Shown piece after piece: positions 27,900-39,473 of a stretch of 64,000 nt of DNA. The stretch is from NCBI GenBank assembly GCA_030147845.1, contig JASBUN010000022.1, positions 6,152-70,151 of the forward strand, written 5' to 3'. The notes under the pieces are model-generated. The model ran no database searches. It saw nothing but the letters and a program-made list of their open reading frames with translations, and was not told where the DNA came from. The position numbers were made by a program, and so were the translations under genes. Within the stretch, counting starts at the first letter, position 1. Each line of letters begins with the position of its first letter. Origin of the DNA: Gammaproteobacteria bacterium (GTDB taxonomy: Bacteria; Pseudomonadota; Gammaproteobacteria; JASBUN01).

Positions 27900-28494
27900 A
27901 GCAACTATCTACATAGTCGACGACGATGAGGCAATAAGAAAGTCGTTGGCGTTGCTAATGAGGTCGGAAGGCTATCTGGCTAAGACTTGTTCATCGGCGC
28001 AGCAATTTCTAAAATCGTATGTCCCTGCTGTGCCGGCGTGCGTGGTGTTGGATGTGCGCATGCCGGGAATGAGTGGCATGGAACTACAGGACCTACTGAT
28101 AAAACGTGAAATTCATGTTCCAGTTATTATTATGACGGGACATGGTGATATTTCCATGGCTGTTAGAGCAATGAAAGCCGGCGCCTGCGATTTCATCGAG
28201 AAGCCGTTCGAGAACCAGCTATTGCTAGGACGTATCGAGGAGGCTCTCCATGACGCCATGGATGAATTGCGGCGCGACGGTGAGGCAGCTCATGCCCGTG
28301 AGCGTCTTGAGCTACTGACACCTCGAGAACGCGAGACGCTGGAACTGCTCGTTGTTGGTAAGCTCAACAAACAAGTCGCCTCTGATCTCAATATCAGCGT
28401 CCGTACGGTAGAGGCGCACCGAGCCAAAATCATGGAGAAGCTCGAGGTTCGCTCATTGTCCGAACTGGTTAGGCTTGCCTTGCTGGCGAACTGA
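27889..28494 (+). CDS. Two-component response regulator, FixJ/NarL (LuxR-type HTH) family
   Basis: REC domain IYIVDDDEAIRKSL...MPGMSG, C-terminal LuxR HTH LTPRERETLELLVVGKLNKQVASDLNISVRTVEAHR; overlaps the upstream kinase by 11 nt. Confidence 0.85.
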   Translation: MRSEATIYIVDDDEAIRKSLALLMRSEGYLAKTCSSAQQFLKSYVPAVPACVVLDVRMPGMSGMELQDLLIKREIHVPVIIMTGHGDISMAVRAMKAGACDFIEKPFENQLLLGRIEEALHDAMDELRRDGEAAHARERLELLTPRERETLELLVVGKLNKQVASDLNISVRTVEAHRAKIMEKLEVRSLSELVRLALLAN

Positions 28495-28803
28495 TCTGCC
28501 CATTCATCAAGTCTATAGGGGTTTACACGTACTAGCGTGTAATGCTCTTGTAACCATTCCGTAAGGTACCGCTCCCCGCCGTACTATCGCGCCTTTCCCG
28601 CGTGTCGTCCATGAACGGATGTTTCTTTTGCCGGTCTTTCGACCGATATCCGCCGTGTATTGGTAGAACTACGGATTTCGGCCCACCCCACACTGCCGTA
28701 TAACAACCCCAACATAGTGATCTGGCATCGCATAGTCATTGCACGGATTTTTGATTAAGCGAACGTTAGTGCCATCTATTTTCATCGAATCGAAAGGACT
28801 TCC

Positions 28804-29802
28804 ATGACTACGTTAAGCTCTGTTGAGACGAATAAGACCCAAGTAAAAATTCCCCGTGGATACGAAGCCGAAGATGAAGTCGAGTCAGCGGTCATTGATA
28901 CGCACGAGGATGTTTCGGAAGACGATGCGTCCGAAGAAGTGACGTATTCGGCCGACGAGGCTGATCTTGATGTCGAGCGGTTATATTTTCGCGAGGTAGG
29001 CCGACATCCGTTGCTTCGCGCCGACGATGAGGCGCGCCTCGGCAGGTTGGTACAAAATGGCGACATGGACGCCAGACAGCGTATGATCGAATGCAATCTG
29101 CGTTTAGTTGTGAAAATGGCGAGACGCTACGTATATCGCGGATTGCCGCTTATGGATCTTATTGAAGAAGGCAATCTCGGCTTGATTCGTGCGGTTGAAA
29201 AATTCGACCCTGAACGGGGATTCCGCTTCTCCACTTACGCCACATGGTGGATCCGCCAAGCCATGGAGCGGGCGATCATGAACCAGAGTCAGACTATTCG
29301 TATCCCGGTTCATGTGGAAAAAACCATTAGTCGTTATCAACGTACCGCATACCAACTCAGTCAAGCCAACGACCGGGAAGTCAAGCCGGAAGACATTGCA
29401 GACGCATTAGATGAGTCACCCGATAATGTCCGCTATCTGATGAGCTTGAAGGGCAAGGTCACGTCGCTGGAATCGTTCTCGGATGGCGATAATGGTCAGT
29501 CATTACTGGATGTCATTCCGGATGAAAGCTCTGGACCCGAGGAAACCTTGGCGGATGATGAAGAAAAGGGCGACATCGCGTTCTGGTTGTCACATTTGAA
29601 TAAGCGCGAACAAGAGGTGGTAGCTCGCCGGTTTGGGCTCGGCGGCCAGGACCGTGCTACGTTGGAAGAAATCGGTACCACTATCGGCATCAGTCGCGAG
29701 CGTGTACGTCAGGTGCAAAGCAGTGCCCTCAAGCGTCTTCGCGGTTTGATCGAAAGCGGCGTAGTGCCGCCGCGGCGTTCCGCAAACAGTATGGTTCGCT
29801 AG
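28804..29802 (+). CDS. rpoS: RNA polymerase sigma factor, sigma-70 family group 2 (RpoS-like)
   Basis: Acidic N-terminal region; region 2 ([37 protein letters not shown]) and regions 3-4 conserved; 332 aa, close to RpoS size. Confidence 0.6.
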   Translation: MTTLSSVETNKTQVKIPRGYEAEDEVESAVIDTHEDVSEDDASEEVTYSADEADLDVERLYFREVGRHPLLRADDEARLGRLVQNGDMDARQRMIECNLRLVVKMARRYVYRGLPLMDLIEEGNLGLIRAVEKFDPERGFRFSTYATWWIRQAMERAIMNQSQTIRIPVHVEKTISRYQRTAYQLSQANDREVKPEDIADALDESPDNVRYLMSLKGKVTSLESFSDGDNGQSLLDVIPDESSGPEETLADDEEKGDIAFWLSHLNKREQEVVARRFGLGGQDRATLEEIGTTIGISRERVRQVQSSALKRLRGLIESGVVPPRRSANSMVR

Positions 29803-29946
29803 TCCTCCAGCGCACGCTTTCTGCGTACAGTTGGGAATTTTTGCTGCGGCTCGCGCGTCTGGTGTTCTATGGCGGTATCTGTGGACCGACGTCCTCACAC
29901 CGACCGTGGTCGTCTGCTTCCGGCAGCGATCGTGAGCTGTCAGTAG

Positions 29947-31098
29947 ATGCGGCGGAGCAGGCTGAACATGCACGATCGGAGTTTACAATCGGGCGCACAT
30001 GACAATTCAGCGGAATGGTACATCTCGTTAGGCCAGTGGATTGAGGCCGTGCCCAACGCCGTAGTGGTTTCAAATTCGCGCGGAATCATCGTGCTATGCA
30101 ACCGTGAGATCGAGTCCCTGCTTGGTTATTCCACTAACGAGCTGGTGAACGAATCGATTGACCTACTCGTTCCGGAGCGCTTCCGCGCGGATCACGTACG
30201 GAAGCGCTCATCTTACTATGATGCTCCCGAATCTCGCCGTGTTGGGGAAGCGCGTCCGTTGTTTGCACGGCGTAAAGATGGTGCCGAGATAGCGGTCGAA
30301 ATCACGCTCAGTTCAGTCGACAGCGGAGGGAACATATTGGTCGTCAGTATGATCCGCGATGTTAGCGAGCGGACGCGATTTGAAGCCGCGTTGGAACAGC
30401 GAACGCGGCAATTGGAACAGTCCAATTTAGAACTTCAGCAGTTCGTTTACGCTGCGTCGCATTATCTCCAAGAACCACTGCGCATCATTACCGGCTACGC
30501 CAAACTGCTCGATCGTCGTTATCGGGAATATTTTCAGGCCGACGGCCGCGAATTTATCGAATTCATTGTCGATGGCACCGCGCGCATGCAAGAGCTAATC
30601 GACGACTTGATGGAATTTTCTCGTATTGGGACGCGCGCCAAGCCGTCCATACCGGTGCGATTGTCGGACGCAGTCGAGCAGGTGATAAGCGGGCTCCGGC
30701 CTGCTATTGAGGAATCTGGCGCGACCATATCAACGGATGAGGGCAGGATGTCTGTAATTGCAGACGAAGCGCAACTGGTACAAGTTCTGCGTAACTTGAT
30801 ATCCAATGCGCTAAAATTTCGCCGCCGCGAGCCGCCGGTGGTGACGGTCTCCTGGCTACAGCAGGGCGATCAGGTCATCGTATCGGTGGCCGATAATGGT
30901 ATCGGTATAGAATCTCGACACCACGTTCGAATTTTTCAATTGTTTCAGAAGCTACATACGAAACGCGAATATCCGGGTACCGGCATGGGTCTCGCCATCT
31001 GCAAAAGGATTGTCGAACGCCATGGCGGGCGTATTTGGGTGACAAGTGATCCCGGGAAAGGCGCTACGTTTCAGTTCTCCCTGCCGGTCGTGAGTTGA
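29947..31098 (+). CDS. PAS-domain sensor histidine kinase
   Basis: PAS, H-box AASHYLQEPLR, HATPase VADNGIGIE...GTGMGLAICKRIVERHGGRIWV. Confidence 0.8.
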   Translation: MRRSRLNMHDRSLQSGAHDNSAEWYISLGQWIEAVPNAVVVSNSRGIIVLCNREIESLLGYSTNELVNESIDLLVPERFRADHVRKRSSYYDAPESRRVGEARPLFARRKDGAEIAVEITLSSVDSGGNILVVSMIRDVSERTRFEAALEQRTRQLEQSNLELQQFVYAASHYLQEPLRIITGYAKLLDRRYREYFQADGREFIEFIVDGTARMQELIDDLMEFSRIGTRAKPSIPVRLSDAVEQVISGLRPAIEESGATISTDEGRMSVIADEAQLVQVLRNLISNALKFRRREPPVVTVSWLQQGDQVIVSVADNGIGIESRHHVRIFQLFQKLHTKREYPGTGMGLAICKRIVERHGGRIWVTSDPGKGATFQFSLPVVS

Positions 31099-31229
31099 TC
31101 GGTAGGAAATCTTTTTGATCGAAGCTCGGCCAAGGATACACTCGGCCGGATTGGCGCCGCCCGAAAGTGCTGACTTGTAAGGGTAGCCGGGAAATGCGAA
31201 CGGCCAAAAGCCGTAATCGATGGAACCGC

Positions 31230-33377
31230 TTACGCAGCGCCGAGCGTATCGCTTTCGCACGTCAGTGCGGGATGACGCATACCGTGCGGAAAGTCGTCGG
31301 CCGGGCAGGCGGGACAGAGGAAATTGCCCTGCCCCTGGTCGCAGCCCTGGTCGCGTAACATTTCCAGTTGTCGCCTATTCTCAACGCCCTCGGCGATGAC
31401 GCGCATGCCAAGACTTTTGGCCATTGAAACGATGGCAATTGCGATCTGTGCGCCATCATCGCCGGGAAGGTCGCGGACAAAGGATTTGTCGATTTTCAGA
31501 CCATGTATTGGTAGATGTCGCAGTACGCTCAGTGACGAATGGCCGGTTCCGAAATCGTCGACGGTTACGGCTATTCCCATATTGCCGAGAGAGCGTAGCG
31601 CTGTGGCGGCTTGTTCGAGATTATCCATGACCGCGCTTTCAGTCACTTCTAACTCAAGTAGCGTCGGCTCCATATCAGTTTCGCGTACGATTTGTTGTAT
31701 TCTCGATAAAAGATTATCTTGACCAAGTTGGATGGGGGACAGATTGACACTGATGCGAAGCTCGCGCTTACCTTCTTTTTTCCATTGGGCACGCTGTTTA
31801 CAGGCCGTACGTATCGCCCATTCGCCGACTTGAACAATCAATCCCGTTTCCTCCAGGATAGGCACAAAATCTTGCGGCGCCACGAGTCCGTGAGCAGGAC
31901 GAGACCAGCGAATCAACGCTTCGCATCCAGACATGCCGCCTGTCTTTAGATCGAATTGTGGCTGATAGTAGAGCACGAACTCCTCACGTTCGACCGCTCG
32001 GTGCAGTGCTTGCTCAAGCTGCCGACGTTCGTCTAGATGAGCGTTCATGTCATTGCGATAAAATTGATAAGTATTTTTACCGCGCTCTTTCGCCGCGTAC
32101 ATGGCAACGTCGGCATTTTTTAGCAACTGTTCCGGGCTGGAGCCGTCATCAGGAAAACAGCTGATGCCGATGCTGCATGTCACGTAGACTTCTTCGCTAC
32201 CGATGACAACGGGCTGGGAAAGATTATGTAAAACTTTTTCCGCCACCATTGCTGCCTCATCGACCGAAGACATACGATCAATAATAGCAATGAATTCATC
32301 GCCACCGAGACGCGCGGCGACATCATGTTCGCGGATACAGTGGCGCAGCCGTTTGCCGATCGAGTTCAATAGAGCGTCGCCGACATCGTGGCCCATGGTA
32401 TCGTTGATGAATTTGAAGCGATCCAAATCAAGAAACATTACCGCCGACATCGGCCGTTCGGAATCGGGTCTGCGCCGTATGATGTCGCGCAGACGTGTTT
32501 CTAACAAATTGCGGTTCGGGAGGCCGGTTAGTGTGTCGAAATGGGCCATTTTAGCCAGGCGCTGCTCGGCCTCTTTATGGGCGCTGACGTCAACCATAAC
32601 CCCGCGCAGCTGTATCGGACGCGAGTGCTCGTCACGCACTACCCGGATGGTATCGCGAATCCAGATAAACCGATCCTCGGCGTGACGCGCGCGATATACG
32701 ATGGATTGGCTTTCGCGATTCTCCAGTACCTTGCTATAAACTTCCATGCTGTACTGCCGGTCCTCGGGATGTATCAGATTGGAGAGAAAATTCCGGTCGT
32801 CGTGCCATTGTTCGACTTGATAGCCTAAGATGTTTTCGGCTTGCTGGCTGACGAAGGAAAATTGCTGATCCAGGACGTCATATTCCCAGACCACGGCGTC
32901 GAGCCCTTGAACGAGGTCATAGAATCGCTTCTCAGAGGCCATCGCTGATCGTCGAAGGGCTTCGCGTTGCTGCATTATTTCGACGTTTTTCTCGTATAAG
33001 TCGACGAATACCATCACTTTGGAGCACAACACTTCGGGCATAACCGGCTTGACCATATAGTCGACCGCACCGACTTCATAGCCCTTGAATACGTATGTGT
33101 CTTCGGCGCTTTTCCCGGTGAGAAAAATGATGGGAGTCCGATAAGATCGGCGCCTTTCACGAATTAATGCCGCGGTCTCGAAGCCGTCGAGACCAGGCAT
33201 CTTCACGTCGAGAATGATCAGCGCGAATTCATATTCGAGTACTTTTCGAAGCGCTTCCTCGCCCGAGGTGACCGTCATAATACGTGGCCCGAGCTTTTCG
33301 AGCAGCGCAGACAACGCAGCCGCGCCGGACGGATCGTCATCGACGATTAAAATACAAGTATCGTTCAAGCGCGGCAT
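31230..33377 (-). CDS. Response-regulator-receiver / PAS / GGDEF / EAL protein (c-di-GMP cyclase/phosphodiesterase)
   Basis: N-terminal REC (ILIVDDDPSGA...ILDVKMPGLDG), PAS, GGDEF (RLGGDEFIAII), EAL (CEALIRW ... DDFGTGHSSL). Start is 25 nt downstream of the giant kinase stop on the same strand. Confidence 0.85.
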   Translation of the reverse strand: MPRLNDTCILIVDDDPSGAAALSALLEKLGPRIMTVTSGEEALRKVLEYEFALIILDVKMPGLDGFETAALIRERRRSYRTPIIFLTGKSAEDTYVFKGYEVGAVDYMVKPVMPEVLCSKVMVFVDLYEKNVEIMQQREALRRSAMASEKRFYDLVQGLDAVVWEYDVLDQQFSFVSQQAENILGYQVEQWHDDRNFLSNLIHPEDRQYSMEVYSKVLENRESQSIVYRARHAEDRFIWIRDTIRVVRDEHSRPIQLRGVMVDVSAHKEAEQRLAKMAHFDTLTGLPNRNLLETRLRDIIRRRPDSERPMSAVMFLDLDRFKFINDTMGHDVGDALLNSIGKRLRHCIREHDVAARLGGDEFIAIIDRMSSVDEAAMVAEKVLHNLSQPVVIGSEEVYVTCSIGISCFPDDGSSPEQLLKNADVAMYAAKERGKNTYQFYRNDMNAHLDERRQLEQALHRAVEREEFVLYYQPQFDLKTGGMSGCEALIRWSRPAHGLVAPQDFVPILEETGLIVQVGEWAIRTACKQRAQWKKEGKRELRISVNLSPIQLGQDNLLSRIQQIVRETDMEPTLLELEVTESAVMDNLEQAATALRSLGNMGIAVTVDDFGTGHSSLSVLRHLPIHGLKIDKSFVRDLPGDDGAQIAIAIVSMAKSLGMRVIAEGVENRRQLEMLRDQGCDQGQGNFLCPACPADDFPHGMRHPALTCESDTLGAA

Positions 33378-33401
33378 CCAAAGTATCCTCGGTTATTTAT
33401 T

Positions 33402-36400
33402 TTATTGTACCGGCCGGCGAAGCCACACGCGCAGCAACGCTAGCAGCTGCGCAACATCAATGGGCTTTGCCATGTAGTCAGATGCACCCGCTTCAATGCA
33501 CTTTTCCCTGTCGCCCTTCATGGCCTTGGCGGTGATTGCGATCATCGGTAGATGTTCAAAGTTGTCCAGCGAGCGAATGGCCCGCATGGTATCGTAGCCA
33601 TCCATATCGGGCATCATCACGTCCATTAGTACGACATCGATGCTAGGATTGCTTTTAAGCATAGTGACGGCGTCGTTGCCGTTTTCCGCGTATACCACTT
33701 CCATTTCCTGCTCTTCCAGTACACAGGTCAGCGAAAAAATGTTGCGTATGTCATCGTCGACGATGAGCGCTTTTTTCCCGGATAGCACGTGGTCGGTATG
33801 ACTGAGTTGCCTGATCATATCCTGCTTATCCGGGAGCATTTTGCTTACCGGGACGTGCATGAGGAGAGCAGTCTCACTGACCAGCCGCGCCGGAGAGCTG
33901 GCGTCCTTGGTGATCACCGATTCAGCGTGGTCCCACAAAGCGCTTCGGTCGGCCTGGTTTAACTCCTTTGCCGTGTAGATGATCATCGGCACCGATTTCA
34001 ACTTCTTATTTTCGCGTAGCGCCTTTAGTAGCTCCAGCCCGTCCATATCCGGTAAGGTAAGATCGATCACAATACAATCGTAGCTTTTTGTTCGCAGTGC
34101 TTGAATGGCGTCCGCGGCGGTTCCTACTCCTTCGGCGACCGTTTGATTAGCAGTTAACAAGGAACTGAGGTATTCGCGTTGAATATCTTGATCTTCAATG
34201 ATCAAAATCCGCCGCTCGGCGCGCTCGTAAAGCGCTTTTAGATTTTTGAGTATACTAGCAATCTCCGCTTTACCAGCCTTTTTCCGAGTGCATCCCGCAG
34301 CGCCTTTCATGAGGCCACGCGGAATGTTGGTACGAGTGGAAATCATCTGCACGGGAATGTGCCTCTTTGCCAGATCGTGCTTGAAAAGATCGAGCACGGC
34401 CCAGCCGTCCATGTCGCTGATGCTTGAGTTGAGAAAAATTGCCGATATCACGTACTTGGCGGACAGCGACAGGGCTGCGGTACCGGTCCATGCGATAAGG
34501 ACTTTCATGCCGAGCGTATGAGCTATAGTTCGGACCTTTTCACAAAATTCTTTATCGCCATCGATAATAAGAAGAACGGTGTCGCCATCACGCAGCGAGG
34601 TACGGTCGTCTGCCGGTATGTCGTCGTGTTCGATGCGAAGCTCCGGTGCCTCGACCGTTTCTTCTATGACGATGTCACGGGCGGACGAAAATGCCGATTG
34701 CACGTCTACGTGCGTACTATTTCCCGTAATCAATGGCAAAAACAATGTGAAGGTGCTCCCTTGATTAGGCGCGCTGGTTACGGTCAGCTCACCACCCAGT
34801 CGGCGTGCGATCTCTCGGCTAATGGACAGTCCAAGCCCGGTACCGCCGTATTTACGGCTGGTGGTGCCATCGGCCTGCTGAAAGGCTTCAAAGATAATCA
34901 TTTGTTTGTCGGCCCGAATGCCGATACCGGTGTCCGATACCGCAAATGCAACGATCGAATCGGCCGATTTCAGAATTTCATTGTCTGCGGACCAACCATG
35001 CGATGCCAATTCCATACGCAGACTGACGGAGCCTTTTTCGGTAAATTTGAAGGCGTTGGAAAGCAGATTTTTAAATATTTGCTGTAGTCGTTTGGCGTCG
35101 GTCTGGATTGTAGGCGGCAAGCGATTGTCGATCTTGATGGAAAAATCGAGTTGCTTGTCATGAGCGAGTTGCCGAAAGGTGCGCTCGACATAGTCGCGCA
35201 TGTCTTCGAAGCGTTCATTGCCCATTTCCAGCGTAAACGTGCCCGACTCGATTTTGGAAAGATCAAGAATGTCGTTGATCAGTGCCAGTAGATCTGATCC
35301 GGCCGAATGGATCGTCTTGGCAAATTCCACTTGCTTGGGTTGCAAATTGTTGGCCGGGTTGTCGGAAAGCAGGCGCGCCAAGATCAGCAAACTGTTTAAG
35401 GGAGTCCGAAGTTCGTGCGACATATTGGCCAAAAATTCGGATTTGTACTTGGAAGCCAGCGCCAGCTGCTCGGCTTTTTCTTCCAACGCAACCTTGGCCA
35501 GTTCGACCTCGCGGTTTTTCAACTCCACCTGTGCTTTCTGTTCAGATAGCAGACGGGCTTTCTCTTCCAGCTCGCTATTGGTCGTTTGCAACTCTTCCTG
35601 TTGCGCCTTTAACAATTCCTCCGACTTACGAAGATTTTCGGCTTGCTGTTCCAGCCGATCATTCGTGTTTTTGAGCTCCTGCTGCTGACTTTGCAGTTCC
35701 GCCGTGAGCGACTGCGATTGTGTAAGAAGATCCTCCGTACGCATATTGGCTTCGATGGTATTCAATACGATGCCAATACTCTCCATGAGTTGGTCGAGAA
35801 ATGATTGATGGGTTTCGCTGAAGGCGCCAAACGAGGCCAGTTCGATTACAGCTTTTACTTCGCCTTCAAACAGCACCGGCATGACAATAATATTGCGCGG
35901 CGTGCTTTCACCGAGACCGGAGTGGATCTTGACGTAGTCGCTCGGCACCTTATCCATGAAAACACGTTTCTTTTCGTAGGCGCACTGACCGATAAGTCCT
36001 TCTCCGAGCTGAAAGCGATTCGGAACCGCATTCTTGCCCTTATAGGCATAGGAGGCCTGCAATTCCAGCGCCGCTTCTTTGCCATAGACTTTAGTGATAT
36101 AGAATACGCCGTGCTGTGCGTTCACCAACGGTGCGAGTTCCGATAGCACCAAGCGGCAGACGGTCAGCAGGTCGCGCTGTCCCTGCAGCATTTTGGTAAA
36201 TTTGGCGACGTTCGTCTTGAGCCAATCCTGTTCGGTATTTTTTAACGTCGTTTCGCGCAGGTTACTGATCATCTCGTTGATGTTGTCTTTCAACGAGGCG
36301 ACTTCACCGGAGGCCTGTACGGTGATGGAACGCGTCAAGTCGCCCTTGGTCACCGCAGTGGCGACTTCGGCGATGGCGCGAACCTGTGTGGTGAGGTTGG

Positions 36401-38966
36401 CGGCAAGCTGATTGACGTTGTCGGTCAGGTCGCGCCACAGGCCAGCGGCGCCCGGCACCTTGGCTTGTCCGCCGAGTTTTCCTTCGATACCGACTTCACG
36501 CGCGACGTTGGTTACCTGGTCTGCAAACGTCGCTAGCGTATCGATCATGCCGTTGATCGTGTCGGCCAGGGCGGCGATCTCGCCTTTCGCTTCCACCGCC
36601 AACTTGCGCTTCAAGTCACCATTGGCCACGGCGGTCACGACGTCGGCGATGCGTCGTACTTGGTTGGTCAAGTTGGCGGCCATGGAGTTTACGTTGTCGG
36701 TCAGATCTTTCCAGATGCCGCCGACACCGAGAACGTTGGCTTGGCCGCCGAGCTTGCCTTCGGTGCCGACCTCGCGCGCCATGCGCGTAACTTCCGAGGC
36801 GAACGACCCGAGCTGATCGACCATGGTGTTGATGGTGTTCTTGAGCTCCAGAATTTCGCCCTTTACGTCCACCGTGATTTTTTTGGAGAGATCGCCGCGC
36901 GCCACTGCCGTGGTTACGTCGGCTATATTGCGCACCTGTCCGGTCAGGTTGCTGGCCATGGCGTTGACGTTGTCGGTTAAATCTTTCCATGTGCCTGCGA
37001 CGCCACGCACTTGCGCCTGTCCGCCGAGCTTGCCTTCGGTGCCGACTTCACGCGCGACACGTGTCACTTCCGAAGCAAACGAGTTGAGCTGATCGACCAT
37101 GGTGTTGATGGTGCTCTTCAGCTCCAGAATTTCGCCCTTTACATCCACTGTGATTTTTTTGGAGAGGTCACCGCGCGCTACCGCCGTGGTCACTTCGGCG
37201 ATGTTACGCACCTGACCGGTCAGATTTCCGGCCATGGAGTTGACGTTATCAGTGAGGTCCTCCCAGATCCCATCCACGCCGGGAACGTTGGCCTGTCCAC
37301 CCAATTTGCCTTCGGTGCCGACTTCGCGCGCTACGCGTGTGACCTCCGAGGCGAACGAATTGAGCTGGTCCACCATCGTATTGATGGTGTTTTTCAATTC
37401 CAGGATTTCACCTTGGACATCGACCGTGATTTTCTTCGATAAATCGCCACGCGCCACGGCGGTGGTTACATCAGCGATGTTGCGCACTTGGCCGGTAAGG
37501 TTGCGCGCCATGGCGTTAACGTTATCGGTCAGGTCCTTCCACGTCCCGGCGACGCCACGCACCTCCGCCTGTCCGCCGAGCTTGCCGTCGGTACCCACTT
37601 CGCGCGCAACACGCGAGACTTCAGACGCGAATGAGCTGAGCTGATCCACCATCGTATTGATGGTATTTTTTAGCTCCAGAATTTCGCCTTTCACGTCTAC
37701 CGTGATTTTTTTTGATAAATCGCCGCGTGCCACGGCGGTGGTCACATCGGCGATGTTACGTACCTGACCGGTGAGGTTGCCGGCCATGGAATTGACGTTA
37801 TCGGTCAGGTCTTTCCAGGTGCCGCCGACGCCGGCGACGTTGGCTTGGCCACCGAGTTTGCCCTCCGTGCCGACTTCGCGCGCAACGCGCGTGACTTCCG
37901 AGGCGAAGGAATTGAGCTGGTCGACCATCGTGTTGATGGTGTTCTTCAATTCGAGAATTTCGCCTTTGACGTTGACGGTGATTTTTTTCGACAGATCGCC
38001 GCGCGCCACGGCGGTGGTCACATCGGCGATGTTACGCACCTGCGATGTCAGATTGGCGGCCATCGAGTTGACATTGTCGGTAAGGTCTTTCCAGATGCCG
38101 CCCACGCCGCGCACGTCGGCTTGGCCGCCGAGTTTGCCTTCGGTGCCGACTTCGCGCGCGACGCGCGTGACTTCCGAGGCGAACGAGCCGAGCTGGTCGA
38201 CCATCGTATTAATGGTGCTTTTCAACTCCAGAATTTCGCCTTTGACGTCGACCGTGATTTTCTTCGACAAATCGCCGCGCGCCACCGCAGTGGTGACCTC
38301 GGCGATATTGCGCACTTGATCACGCAGATTGGCGGCCATCAAATTTACGCTGTCGGTGAGATCCTTCCAGGTGCCGGCCACACCCTTGACCTTGGCTTGC
38401 CCGCCGAGCTTACCTTCGGTACCGACTTCGCGCGCGACGCGGATGGTTTCCGTAGTGAAGGAGTTGAGCTGATCAGCCATGGCATTGACCACTTTGCCGA
38501 TGCGCAGAAACTCACCTTGGAGTGGATAGCCGTCGATTTCCAGTTGCATGCGCTGACTCAGGTCACCCTTGGCCACCGCGCCGATAACGCGCGACATTTC
38601 ACTGGTCGGTTTGACCATGTCGCTGATGAGGTTGTTGATGGAATCGATGCCATCGGCCCATGCGCCGGTGACGTTACCGATGCGCGCGCGCTGTGAGATC
38701 ATGCCCTGCTTGCCGACCACGAGGCTGACGCGCGCCAGCTCTTTGCCCATCATATCGTTGAGTTCGACGACATCGTTGAAGGCGTCCGCCAGTTCCTGGC
38801 CCAGAGCGGAGTCGGTACTCGGCATATGGACCGAGAAGTCGCCGCGCTTGAGTGCTTTGAGCGCTCTGAGTAACTGGCGGGCGTGGTTTGCATCGACGCC
38901 GGCTGATTCGCTGAAATGCGTTGCCAACTCGGCCTGGGCGGTGGCACTCAGGTCTTCTCGTGTCAT
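33402..38966 (-). CDS. Giant soluble hybrid sensor histidine kinase: poly-HAMP array (about 10 HAMP-like units including eight 92-aa tandem repeats) - GAF - coiled coil - HisKA - HATPase_c - three receiver domains
   Basis: 1854 aa with no TM segment. Eightfold repeat [18 protein letters not shown]...[59 protein letters not shown] domain ([13 protein letters not shown]). H-box [12 protein letters not shown]. HATPase VSDTGIGI...[22 protein letters not shown] domains ([10 protein letters not shown]..., [10 protein letters not shown]... and one degenerate). Confidence 0.85.
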   Translation of the reverse strand: MTREDLSATAQAELATHFSESAGVDANHARQLLRALKALKRGDFSVHMPSTDSALGQELADAFNDVVELNDMMGKELARVSLVVGKQGMISQRARIGNVTGAWADGIDSINNLISDMVKPTSEMSRVIGAVAKGDLSQRMQLEIDGYPLQGEFLRIGKVVNAMADQLNSFTTETIRVAREVGTEGKLGGQAKVKGVAGTWKDLTDSVNLMAANLRDQVRNIAEVTTAVARGDLSKKITVDVKGEILELKSTINTMVDQLGSFASEVTRVAREVGTEGKLGGQADVRGVGGIWKDLTDNVNSMAANLTSQVRNIADVTTAVARGDLSKKITVNVKGEILELKNTINTMVDQLNSFASEVTRVAREVGTEGKLGGQANVAGVGGTWKDLTDNVNSMAGNLTGQVRNIADVTTAVARGDLSKKITVDVKGEILELKNTINTMVDQLSSFASEVSRVAREVGTDGKLGGQAEVRGVAGTWKDLTDNVNAMARNLTGQVRNIADVTTAVARGDLSKKITVDVQGEILELKNTINTMVDQLNSFASEVTRVAREVGTEGKLGGQANVPGVDGIWEDLTDNVNSMAGNLTGQVRNIAEVTTAVARGDLSKKITVDVKGEILELKSTINTMVDQLNSFASEVTRVAREVGTEGKLGGQAQVRGVAGTWKDLTDNVNAMASNLTGQVRNIADVTTAVARGDLSKKITVDVKGEILELKNTINTMVDQLGSFASEVTRMAREVGTEGKLGGQANVLGVGGIWKDLTDNVNSMAANLTNQVRRIADVVTAVANGDLKRKLAVEAKGEIAALADTINGMIDTLATFADQVTNVAREVGIEGKLGGQAKVPGAAGLWRDLTDNVNQLAANLTTQVRAIAEVATAVTKGDLTRSITVQASGEVASLKDNINEMISNLRETTLKNTEQDWLKTNVAKFTKMLQGQRDLLTVCRLVLSELAPLVNAQHGVFYITKVYGKEAALELQASYAYKGKNAVPNRFQLGEGLIGQCAYEKKRVFMDKVPSDYVKIHSGLGESTPRNIIVMPVLFEGEVKAVIELASFGAFSETHQSFLDQLMESIGIVLNTIEANMRTEDLLTQSQSLTAELQSQQQELKNTNDRLEQQAENLRKSEELLKAQQEELQTTNSELEEKARLLSEQKAQVELKNREVELAKVALEEKAEQLALASKYKSEFLANMSHELRTPLNSLLILARLLSDNPANNLQPKQVEFAKTIHSAGSDLLALINDILDLSKIESGTFTLEMGNERFEDMRDYVERTFRQLAHDKQLDFSIKIDNRLPPTIQTDAKRLQQIFKNLLSNAFKFTEKGSVSLRMELASHGWSADNEILKSADSIVAFAVSDTGIGIRADKQMIIFEAFQQADGTTSRKYGGTGLGLSISREIARRLGGELTVTSAPNQGSTFTLFLPLITGNSTHVDVQSAFSSARDIVIEETVEAPELRIEHDDIPADDRTSLRDGDTVLLIIDGDKEFCEKVRTIAHTLGMKVLIAWTGTAALSLSAKYVISAIFLNSSISDMDGWAVLDLFKHDLAKRHIPVQMISTRTNIPRGLMKGAAGCTRKKAGKAEIASILKNLKALYERAERRILIIEDQDIQREYLSSLLTANQTVAEGVGTAADAIQALRTKSYDCIVIDLTLPDMDGLELLKALRENKKLKSVPMIIYTAKELNQADRSALWDHAESVITKDASSPARLVSETALLMHVPVSKMLPDKQDMIRQLSHTDHVLSGKKALIVDDDIRNIFSLTCVLEEQEMEVVYAENGNDAVTMLKSNPSIDVVLMDVMMPDMDGYDTMRAIRSLDNFEHLPMIAITAKAMKGDREKCIEAGASDYMAKPIDVAQLLALLRVWLRRPVQ
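36190..38440 (-). repeat. About eight tandem 276-bp (92-codon) repeats inside the giant kinase CDS, roughly 85-90% nucleotide identity by eye
   Basis: Recurrent DNA blocks such as GAGCTGATCGACCATGGTGTTGATGGTG...CAGAATTTCGCCCTTTAC...GTGATTTTTTTGGAGAG/CGACA. This also produces long antisense ORFs in the track (for example 36412..38696 +). Confidence 0.8.
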
Positions 38967-39249
38967 TATTTTATATTCCTATAATCAAATAGATACAATA
39001 TTATTGTGATGTAAAATATAAGAAATTTACGCACTTCCCCTATTGAGGTTAGTGCGCGCCTGTGGCCGGCGCCAGCGTTATCCGTTAGAAAGCGCGCGTC
39101 GCGTAAGCCCAACATGCACACAGGCGCGAATTGGAAACTGCAGCACGCATCCGTCGTTCGAATAGCGACAGCGGGAGGACTTAACCCACCGTGCGCCATC
39201 CAGCCACATCGTAAAAATAAGCCACCCATACCGATCTGTTAACATTTTA

Positions 39250-39319
39250 TTTTTTGCCGAGGGACCCGCCCATCCAAGTGTATGTTTTTTGCCGAGGGAC
39301 CCGCCCATCCAAGTGTATG
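39250..39319. repeat. Perfect 35-bp tandem direct duplication TTTTTTGCCGAGGGACCCGCCCATCCAAGTGTATG x2 in a divergent promoter region
   Basis: Exact repeat read directly, between the giant kinase start (38966, minus) and the uup start (39474, plus). Confidence 0.9.
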
Positions 39320-39473
39320 CGCTGTTTGACGCAGAGCGATGGGTTTCGCAATGTCAACGTGGGTCGACCCGCAACGTTGGGGTGGGCGTGCCCCGGCGCA
39401 CATGGTATTCGAGGTATAATGCTCCGTTGCAGCGCCGACCCGGCGCTCCGGCCTGATCGGAAAGCTTGTCTCT

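Noticed and set aside
36412-38696. Long plus-strand ORFs (36412..36816, 36660..36980, 37234..37644, 37771..38319, 37845..38696 etc.) antisense to the giant kinase
   Set aside because: Artefacts of the 276-bp periodic, GC-rich tandem repeats on the opposite strand, which suppress stop codons in several frames. The minus-strand frame has coherent HAMP/GAF/HK/REC architecture.
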